Of a stretch of DNA of 64,000 nucleotides, positions 39,601 through 48,900 are shown piece after piece. Under the pieces are notes generated by a model that did not search any database, was not told the DNA's origin, and saw only the letters and a list, made by a program, of their open reading frames with translations. Position numbers and translations under genes: made by a program. The stretch is from a virus (Duplodnaviria > Caudoviricetes): positions 1-64,000 of IMG/VR virus record IMGVR_UViG_3300033068_001265, one strand, 5' to 3'. The stretch's first letter is position 1, and every line of letters begins with the position of its first letter.

Positions 39601-39953
39601 GAATCACCCCGTTTAGGCCAAAAGTATCCCGGTTTACCTAGTTGGGTTCCTAATTCAGGGGCGATGGTATTTCCATTATGGTACTGGTTGTAAAGAACGA
39701 TCTTACACGTAGCTATATCTTGTGATGAAGACCTGTCTATTTGGATGGATTTAATGTGCGGAATTTCAACCTCGGTTCGGGTATCAGTAGCATCTACATA
39801 ATACCTGTACGGTCCACGTAAAGTGTTTGCGTAAGTCGTAGTAGTCGAATGTAACTGCCAGTCTGGTTCCACGGTAACACGAGCATGGACACGGTCAGAA
39901 CCGATTAACCGACCGGCATCGATCTTATCCATTAAGAACTTGTTGGCTCTCAT
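36621..39953 (-). CDS. large tail-tip/central-fibre protein with inserted GYW..G...FGDA repeat propeller
   Basis: Directly after the tape measure gene; hub-like N- and C-termini (ECRDVGRLL; GNPCFSINDQIR); six repeats. Confidence 0.75.
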   Translation of the reverse strand: MRANKFLMDKIDAGRLIGSDRVHARVTVEPDWQLHSTTTTYANTLRGPYRYYVDATDTRTEVEIPHIKSIQIDRSSSQDIATCKIVLYNQYHNGNTIAPELGTQLGKPGYFWPKRGDSSEANLLWNQSVATGAYYSDGTWDAAFEWSNVLIPNALIRTRAGYGGLNLSIEDAESQGYIMMTGVWLIDRISGGSGGTLLIECRDVGRLLLEQIVFPPVIPTALYPLEYFPPGKSAFDSSFGAKPVTGVGLASIAEVRLDYLNSSFGNGAIAGHYGSEAADMNRTNWSWSPSLSDSLSGSSYHWWGFSTVGGAQVIDAVDIRAWAGGYTAYVSVYDGSSWLGSDTVPQIGVGNVPYLKKMQIPYHLPDGFEPELVIQLDAPVTATQVRITLGPSFYYSGVTDGGGTYYRSGLRTCIAQRTGAKVEDYYAPFDTVLWTYAMASHPVRGYWVADDDGNIYGFGDAADYDSSTYGAVPIGYSAGINGANNIHVISIAAHPSGKGYWVLDNTGKVYAYGAATHFGETVIGVHPYMDGHNAMDITPTYTGNGYWVCYSNGVIIGFGDATPSYTTLPITPAYNYMVNYGPTYLYLYPAGNPYGFEVRYAPSSAYSFHRACTSVVGHPTKMGFWAADGCGQVFAYGEAEFHGELTNRWYNQGAANNFQLNPSEWTVQIETTQSGNGYWLLFPSGHIAAFGDATNQGSQYVYEHNSQIGELPTPGDNQDWSFFRGLVWGISRDPDGSGFWVLIADGSVLGYNAEWWGQPGWKNRQGYRWHDGNTKDMSDIIKDLLAWAGFVYYNSADPTGVGSASGERPPILGNIETMGIPTTSVLDGSKWDKRTLIDCINELKQIVAYTAQVDEEGHFRFESPNFWESGNRSPSGTKLFVKYEMDGSWDFVEEGVPGAEPYVPVAHEALNLLEYQASLDGDTLRSEIIIGSDLPDPNDPSRTKFVRFVPPAATEEVRPGVPALRGINRPAAWVNSHFENDTENLLMAELISLRIWFAQRTGSATVIGNPCFSINDQIRLIERNTSEVYNHIINAISSNIDLDQGTWTMQLQTNWLGDADDWVITSSNTYNPITHVGVSERVDRWQYALNKGLQFHGDGSSLATLNGGFD

Positions 39954-39962
39954 TTACTTACC

Positions 39963-42900
39963 TCAGTACAATCTCGGGTCACGACCCGAGGTCCCTGTTC
40001 CCAGTGCTTGATTAAGCACATTAATCATCTCTGCCTGATCAGCCCCATTGTTGATATTCAACGTAATAGTCACAACTCGGTTGTCATTGTAGCCTGCTGC
40101 TTGACCATCAGCACCTACACTTTGATTCAGTCGTCTCACCTCATACAACGTCGGCAGGGCTAAGCTAGTAGGAAGATTCATCTGAAGGCCACCAGAGATG
40201 TCGTCCTTGAGTTGCTTGATCGTCAACTCCAGATCCTTAAACTGCTTAGTTCCAGGAATAAGAGTGGATTTCAATCCCTCAAGATAATTGACGTACTCCA
40301 TCTTTGTTAGAGTACCCATCTCATACATGAATCGGTAATCATCCAACCTATCATTAAATGCTGCATCTGATGCTGACTTATCAGCACTTGCTACAGCAGC
40401 ACGAAGTCGGTTTAGTTCAGCCTCTCCACCACCCTTACCTTGAGCAGCCAGGCCTAGAGCTTCCTGTAATTGTGCCCTAGCCTTCTGTGCCTGTACCTGA
40501 GCAGACCCAACATCATCGCCCATTGCAGCAAGTTCAGCTGCTCGCAGGTCATACTTTGAATCACGGACATCTGACATGGCCTGTTGTAGGGCTCTCTCAG
40601 CTTCAATCAACTGCCGTTGAGCGTCGATCTTCTCATCTTCATTCTGAGCCGCCGAGAGTAACGTTTGAGCCGTCTGAAGATCAGTGTTGGCCCCAGCTAC
40701 TGGATCGTTCTGTTTGGCCTTCTCAAGCTCTCTGAGGGCCTTGTAGCGGGCAATGAGAGAATCTCTTGCAGCTTTCTCTGCTGCCTGAAGATCCAGTAAC
40801 GCTTGAGGCTTTTCGTCTCCGATAGCATTATTAGCCTTAAATCGAGCAATATCTAGATTAATTACAGCATCCTGAACACTATCGCCCTTTGAATTGAGTT
40901 TCTTCAATTGCATCGAATCAACGATTTTAGCGATTTGGGCGTCTCGGATTGCTGCTAGAGCCGTAATCTTATTTGCCTGCGCTTGCTTTGCTTCAGGCGA
41001 ATCAGCAGACCCGGTTGTTTCTATGGCTGTTTTGTAGTCGATGTCGGCTTGAGCAACATCGGCTAAGGCCGCTCCAACCGAGTCCTTTCTTGCCATAGCC
41101 TGAGCCTTAACAACCGCCATGGTTGCTTTGGTTTTTTCTGCAAGGATTTTCTTTAACTGATTTTCAGCGTCAACAACCCGAGCCTCAGCCTGAGTTTCTT
41201 CAGCGAACGAAGATCCCTCTGCATTTGCCCGCATCTGTCTCGCTACAGCTAGGTCTGCCAAGGCACCGGCAACTGAATTATTCCCAGCCCGCGCTTTAGC
41301 TAAGGCCCCCATCGCTTGAGCGTTAGCATCATTGATCTGCCTAGCTTGGGCTGCCTCAATCTTTGCTGGATCTAGATATCCGGGGAGCTTTCCACCATTA
41401 ATTTCTGTAGCATCCAGAATATCTTGAATTCCAGCAGAAGCCCCTTTAAGATCCTGTGCTTGTTTGGTATCCCCCCTGCCCCTGCGCTCAAGATTTTTGC
41501 GTTCTGCATCAAATTCCCTTTGTTTGGCTTCCAACTGGGCAGTGACCTGCTCCGGTGTTAGTTGCCCTGCTTGTTGGCCACGAACAAGTCCACCGATAAA
41601 AGCCCCACCAGAGCTACCAGTTGCTTGATTGAACTGTGAAGACCACCGATTCCAATTACCTGTTACGGAACCAATGGTCCCAATGACGTTTGAAACATTC
41701 GTATTGGGATCGATCTCTATCTGCTGAGCAAGGATTGCCCGAGCTGTCTCGGGATCAGCCTGCTTTGCCATCTCAATCTGAGCTTCCTTGCGAGCCTGAA
41801 CAGCAGAGGTTACAAGCTGCCTACGAGACTCTGGATCCGTAACTTTCCCGCTCTTCAGAAGCTTTGTGTATGTTTCCAGCTTAGCCGTGGCCGCATCTAG
41901 GGGGGTATCAAATCCGGACAATTCAGCGTCAGCCAAGCTCATCTGAGCAAAGGCCATCGCCTTAGCTGAAACAGCTTTGTTGAACTCAGCCAGCCCAGAG
42001 AAGAACATTTGGAGAGTCTGATCTGAGGGGTCCTTTTGCTCCCTCAGCATTTCTCTCATGTTATTCAGGTTTCTAGTGGCAGCTTCTTCGTATTGGCTGA
42101 AACTTATGACCCCTGTATCACGGTTCTTTGTGATCGTCTCTAGGGTTTGGCTCTTGCGGGCCACCTCAAGTTGGGTTCGAGCCTTCTGGGAAGCTTTAAT
42201 AACCTCTGGATCTCTTTCAGCGGCCTCTAGTATTGACAAGGCCTGTCGCTTGTCATCCTCTGTATATTTGGTACTGTACGAAGTTGCTATTTCTTGGAGG
42301 TCTCCGTATGGATTCTTTCCCCCGAAGGCCTTAGAGACCTCTTCGGTAACATCCTTTATGTCATCGACACCAGCCATTTTAGCGACGCGCTTTTTCAGTG
42401 CATCTTCAGCTTTACCGGTTTGATTTCCACCAAACAACCCAGTGAAGGTTTTGAGTTGGGTGCGGACTGCTGTTATACCGGTCCCCCTACCAAAAATCTG
42501 AGCAGCCAGCGACCCCTTTCCGAACTCACCTTTTTGGAAATCTCCATTCGCCAGATTAGCAAGAGCTTCTCTCTGCGCCTCTCTGATATCCTGTCGAGCG
42601 CTCGCTGAAGCCTCAGCTTCTTCAGGAGTTCCCTTCTTGAACTTCGGCTTCTCGATGAGAGAATCCTGTAGCGCTTTGTTTACCGCCGAAGAATCCAGTG
42701 ATCCAATAGCATCTAGGCGATCTTTACTTATGTTCTTAGTGAAAGCTACTGACCTATAGATATCAGCGTCACCAAGGAATCTTTCACCCGTGAAGAATGA
42801 ACCAATCCTTGCTAGATTTCCCGGACCGGAGTCTCTAGACTTTGCCAGAGCCTCAAGTTCTGTAGCGGAAACGTCAGTTTCTGAAGCCCACTTGAGGATC

Positions 42901-45900
42901 TCTTCAGCGTGTTTACGCTGGTGGTTTACCCCGTTGCGGATCGCTAAGTAGGCAACAGCAAGACCAGCTAAAGCCACCGAACCAACACCTAATGCTGCTG
43001 TAGAAATACCCAGGAACCCAGCAACTCCCGTTGCCATCCCCTTGGCTCCGGCTGTAAGGCCAGTAAGTCCTCCGGCAAACAATGTTCTGGCTCCAGCAGC
43101 AGCGCCACCTGTAGCGGCGGCTTGTTGCCCGAATGCCGCTGCACCAGTTCCGGCACCAGCTTGCTGTCCAAGAAATCCCAGGGACCCCATGCCAGCAGCC
43201 TGAGCGGCCTGAGTAGCTTGAGCCGCCCGAGTGGCTCGGATTCCTTCAAAGAGTCTTCCGAATGTCCCCAATCCAGCACCCTGAGCAGCGGCTGAACCAG
43301 CGGCCCATCTGCTTGCCATGAATCCGCCCAGTTTAGTGGGGGCAAGCTTACCAGCTAAAATAGGGAGGATGCTAGAACCAGAAGCGGTTGCTGCATTACC
43401 CCCAACAGCGATAGCTAAGTGCTTACCAGTGAATGCTGATGCTAGAGATAGGAGCTTAACAGCAGCAACTACGCCTAGAATCTTCCCGGGCAACCCACCA
43501 AAGAAATCGTTGATTCCACCACTGATCTTAAGAATACCCTCCAGAGCCCTTACGAAAAGACCGACGGTAGTAATTAGACCAGAGAATACTTCACCAAGAC
43601 CACCCTCAAACAAAGACGCAACCAAGAGGTTAAATTCCTGACGCAACCTCTGCATCTGGTTAGTCAGGGTCTTCTGAGCAGACTCAAATCGTGCCTGAAG
43701 AACTCCCTCGGAATTTTTTGCACCCTTTGTATACTCTTCGATCTGCCCCCGAGAATCTACTACCGAAAGCAATGTCTGGGCTTCGCGCCTACCACCTAAA
43801 AGATTGGTGATGAAGTCCTGAGACTCCTTGGTAAGTCCCTTGAAGTTCTTGAGCATTGCAAAGAGAACATCTTTGGTTGATCCATCACTCAATGCCTTGA
43901 CGAATTCTGGAGTCCTCAAAGCATCATCAGCGGCAGCAAGTTGCAGCAACTGGGTCTTGGCCTGTGAGATGGCAGGAATGATCCTGCCAAAGGACTCAGC
44001 TAGAGCAGTACCAGAACGACCAGACTTTTGCTGGGCAACAGCAGCTAATGCAGCAAACTCTTCGGCGGAGAACCCGGCTTCTTTACCAACAGGGGCAACG
44101 TCACCGATGAAACCAATGGTTTCTTTAGCGGTCACACCCGATAGAGACTCTAACCTAAGAGCGATATTGCCGATCTCTTCATTTGTTTTGTCAAATCCAA
44201 ATGAAGCAGCAGTCAGTCCATCGGTAAGTTCAGCTGCCGGAATCTTAGTTGCAACCGAAAGTTTTGCAGCAGCATCAAGCTGACTCTCGACCAAATCCTG
44301 CCCAGAAAGATTACCAATAGTCTGATCACTAAAGGCCCCTTGGAACTGCATCCCGAGAGATGCCAGAACATCTGCCTGCACACCAGTCGTCTTGGAAAGA
44401 TCAAGGATATTGTCCTTGAAGCTCTGGAAGATCGGATCAGCCCCAGACCCAAACGTATCCTCCATCTGGGCTTTGACTTTTTCCATCGTGAACTGGAACT
44501 CTTGAGCTTCCCGCACACCGGATGAGATTCCCCCCATGGCCCCATAAAGAGCCATGGATGGGAGTCCGTACCTCAGCGTGGATAAGGCACCAGTACCAAA
44601 GAATGACGCCGCCCCACCAGCACCACGAACGCGAGCCAGAACCCGACTGAACCGTCCCAGTTGTTTAGGTGGTGGCTCACCAGAACCAAAACTGAACGGG
44701 TCATTAGGATCAATTGGCCCACCACCACCGCCACCACCGCTTCCACCGCTTCCGCCGCTCCCACCGCCACGACGAGAATCACTCGTTGTCATCCAATCCC
44801 AGAAACGCCTACCACCACTTCTAGTGTCTTTGTATGTAGGTGAAGTTACAGGTTCCTGTGGGAACAGTTGAGCCCCCAGAGGAGAAATTCCACCCCTGAG
44901 TTTTTGGATGTCTTCCCTGGTTTGAGAGAGTCTTTTTAGTGAACCTGAATCAAGGCCTTTGACATCAATAGTTGCAGCTTCCTGCTCTAACTTCTCAAGA
45001 AGTGCTAGTAACTCCCTGAACTTAGCCTTGGCACCGGAAGTATCCGCTCCCACCCGGATGAGTTCAGTTGTTTGCATCCCCAGGGTGCTGAATTCACTTT
45101 TCAGAACCCCATGGTAATCCTGAAGGGCCTTGACACCATCTTGGCGACGACCCATCTCTTCGGTCGTACGAACTTTTTGGGCCTTGGCAACATCTTCCCT
45201 TGACCCCGGACCGGGGGATTCCTTTCGAAACTCTAATTCTTCAGCTGCTTCACCAATCAGCCGCTGGGCAGTTAGCTTTCGTTCCCCGGAAAGGCCATCT
45301 GGGATAGCTACGCTATCAGCGAATTTCCGAGCTTCTTCAGCTTCCTTAAGAAGCCCGGTAAGAGTTGTTTGACCTTCTGGCGTTCTAAAGTCGTGCAAAC
45401 CAGAACGTCTAACTGCTGCGGACAACTCTTTCGCCCGCGCCTCTGCAACCTTAAGACTTTCTGCATCAGTTAAGGCTCCGGTGACTTCATCACCAATAGC
45501 ATACTGCTTCCGACGAGCTAACGGAACAAGATCCAAGCGGCCACGACCAATAGCCTCTTCGTCCCTTAATCTCTGTCGATGAGCCTTAGCTTCAGCAGCA
45601 TCGACGTCGGAGTGCATCTGGCTAGCCGACAACTCCTCATCGTTCTCGATCTCTTTCTGGGTATCAGCATGAAACCGTCCCGCTGCAACTTGATCCTCAG
45701 CAGCCTTCCGCGGCGTGTAGACATCTTCATCTTCTAGATCTTCAAAGCTTTTAGCCCCAAGAGCACGTTCTGAGATGGTTCGATTGGCTCGGGCTTCGAT
45801 CCTATTTGCCCGAGCGTCAGCAGCGTCCAGACCTTCAAGCATGTACTGCTGATCGGCCTTAGCACTTGCTGATGCCGTCTCTAAGAAATTCAGTCGCTCT

Positions 45901-48900
45901 GGTCTGGTTACCTGAGCCCTTAATTCTGCTAGCCTAATTTTTACTTCAGCGATTGAAGCTAGCGCTGAAGTCGGATCTATTAACAGTTCAGCTGTTTCTA
46001 GTTCTTTATCGAGAGACCCTAGTCGACCTTTCTTGGCGTTTCCACGCAAAGATTTGGCATATTCAGACCGAGTAATTCCCTCACCCGTATCAAGGAAGGG
46101 CCAGTCTACATCCAACCCCCTCCTAAAGTTACCAACATCAGCAGCGAATCGTGCTCGTGCAGCGGGAGTTTCCGAGCCACTGTTCTTAGTCAGATCCAAT
46201 GAGCCTAAATTAAATGGATCCTTGCCCAGTAGGTATTTGGTGCGAGTAGACCCAGGTGGAATGATGTCCATGATGTTCTGCCGCCATCTAGCAGCAGCTT
46301 GGTCCGCCTCAAATTGCGCCTGTCCATTCTTACCCAGCAGGTATTTAGTCCTAAGAGCACCCGGAGGAACTGTGTTAATAACCCCCTGCCGCCACTTGTA
46401 AGCATTCATTTCCTCTTCGGAAACGTATCTCAATGCCTTAGGAGCAGGAGTATCTGGTCCCACTGGAGAACCAGACAGGAGCCTTCGTGTTCTTTCTGCC
46501 CCCGGAGGCGTATTAGCAATAACCCCTTGACGCCATTTGTAGGCGTTCATTTCTGTTTCAGAAACAGGTCTTAAGGTACGAGCGGCCTCGGCATCCAACC
46601 GACGACGCATTTGTTCACGTTGCTGCCGAGCAATCTCACGACGACGGAATTCGTCGTCCCAATTACCCCCACCAAGAGCATTGGTCGGTGGTTTACGGGG
46701 AGGAGCACCAGCACCACCAACACCCAAAGCAATCGGCCCCAGTGTAGACGGCAGTTCTAAAGTTGTTGCCGCCCTTAACTGTGCAGTAGCTTTACGATAT
46801 TCCGAGGCATACTGGTTACGGGCTAATACAAGTGCTGTTGACGCCTTCGATTCAAGCCCCAACATCTCCCGAATCTGATGATTTTGGAGAAGGGAGTAAT
46901 CCGTAGCTGGGTCACCTAGCCTTACTGGTGCGTTGTGAATAGGTAAGTATGGGGAGTAAGGAACTTCACCGCCAAGAGCCGCACGAATTGCATCCTTCAA
47001 CTCTTGCGGTCTATTGGGTGATGCTAAAACATCTTCAAAATAAGAAGTCCCTACTGCTGTCTGTGGAACAACGATTGAATTTCCATACCCCTCACCTATG
47101 TTCTTGTAGGTGACACCTTGCCCCCCTTCAAAGGCTGACATGGCCTGATCCACGGCGGGATTAGTTTGGCGGTAGGCTAGAAGCTCTTCCTCGGCTAAAT
47201 CCATCCAAGAGTCTAGTTCCCCAGCAATCTCATCAGCGACCGAACTGACAGAGTCCCTAACGGATTTCCTAACTTCACCCAATTGACCCTTGTCAGCAGC
47301 AAAAAGTAAATGGGCATCATTAGCCGCCTGATCTGAAATGCCTCCCGGAAATAAATTCCCACGAGCTATTCTTCTAGAATAAAGCCGAGGATTAGTGACA
47401 CCAAAGCCGTCACTAAGTAATTCCCTTCTGGTAAGCCCGACGTCGGACGGCTTTCCAAACCGACCTCTAGTCAGAGCTAGTGATTGATCTACATTCCCGA
47501 AGTGTGTAAGGGGACCTTGGTCAAATCCCTCAACCATTGTTGCATGACTATATACATCGGGACGTTTCATCCACTCCTGGAATGAGTAATCTCCCGGATG
47601 CCTACCCGATCCAACCGCAATTGGTTTATCACCAGACGGCAACACAGAACGAGCTTCGGCTTCATGTGCTTTAGTTGCTCGCCTTACACCAGCGATATAA
47701 TCTCTTTGTGCTGCAACAATATCGGTGGTTGTTTTAGTAGTGGAGGCTGGGATACTCTTAACCTGGGCTTCTGTTTGAGCCCGAAGTTGTGACTGGATTT
47801 GTTCCCGTTGTGCTCTAGCTGCATCACGTCTACGGAACTCAGCCTCAAGAGGGGCAAGTGCTCTGCCTGTTGTTTCAATAACTGGTCTTGACTCAGAGAA
47901 ATGCGGTCCATACTCAGGACCACGCACGGTCGGAGGAATAATCTCATCAGGCTTAAAGACGCCACTAGAGGCACCCGGCGTTGGGGACTTCTTCATATCT
48001 AGAGCAAACCGAAGAACGGCAGCCTCTCGATCAGAAAGCCTTGACCAAAAATCCTTTCCGGCAGCAATAGGTTGCCCACTTGAAGGCAAGACCGACTGCA
48101 TTTCGGCCTCGATAGCTCTCCTGGTCCTGCGAGCTTGACCATATCGCTCTATTTCATTTCTTGTATCTAAAGCAGATCCACCAGCACCAAGTTCCAGAAT
48201 AGGTCGACCAAGACTCATGGCCTGGACATTGCCGCTCAAAATGGCCTGAGCAGTAGGGCTTAGTATTCTACCAAGTGCCTCTCTTCGAAGATCGATCGCC
48301 TCAGACCATCCAGACTGAATCCCTGTCAGGCCACTAAATTTGTTCGCTTCCGCCGCTAGTACAGCACGACGCCGACTCGGATTAGATAACGATTCATTCA
48401 TCACTGAGTAAATGGCCCGACCCAGGCCCGAAGGAGTGCCGGTCAGAGACTGAGTGAAGGATTCTGCAAACAGTTCTTGGGGATCGGTCGCTGCATAACT
48501 AGAAATAGTTTCGACACTTCTATCTAAAAGCTCTTCAACTAACCCCGGATCCCGTTTCGTAAGATTCTCAGAAAAAAATTCTTCATTGAGGTCTTTAGAT
48601 CTAACACGATCCACGGTGTGTCCGAATTCATGCACAGCAACACTTGTCGCCCCCAGATTTCCACTAACGCGTCCAGCGGAAGAGGCAAGATTAAAGTCCC
48701 TCAGGATACTACCGAAGGGTGTATTGTACCTATCACGGGGGTTTATAACAATCGATGACCCACCTGTTCCGGTGGGACCAAGATTAAATGCCACAACCCC
48801 CTCGTCAGAGAAGGCTGAATGGAGCCTGATAGCAGACTGCTGGGTTTTATTAATAGGGGCAGTCCTTGCACCCGTTGGGGTTCCTACGAAGGACAGATCT

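Noticed and set aside
33212-39953. Diversity-generating retroelement targeting tail genes
   Set aside because: No reverse transcriptase and no TR/VR pair seen
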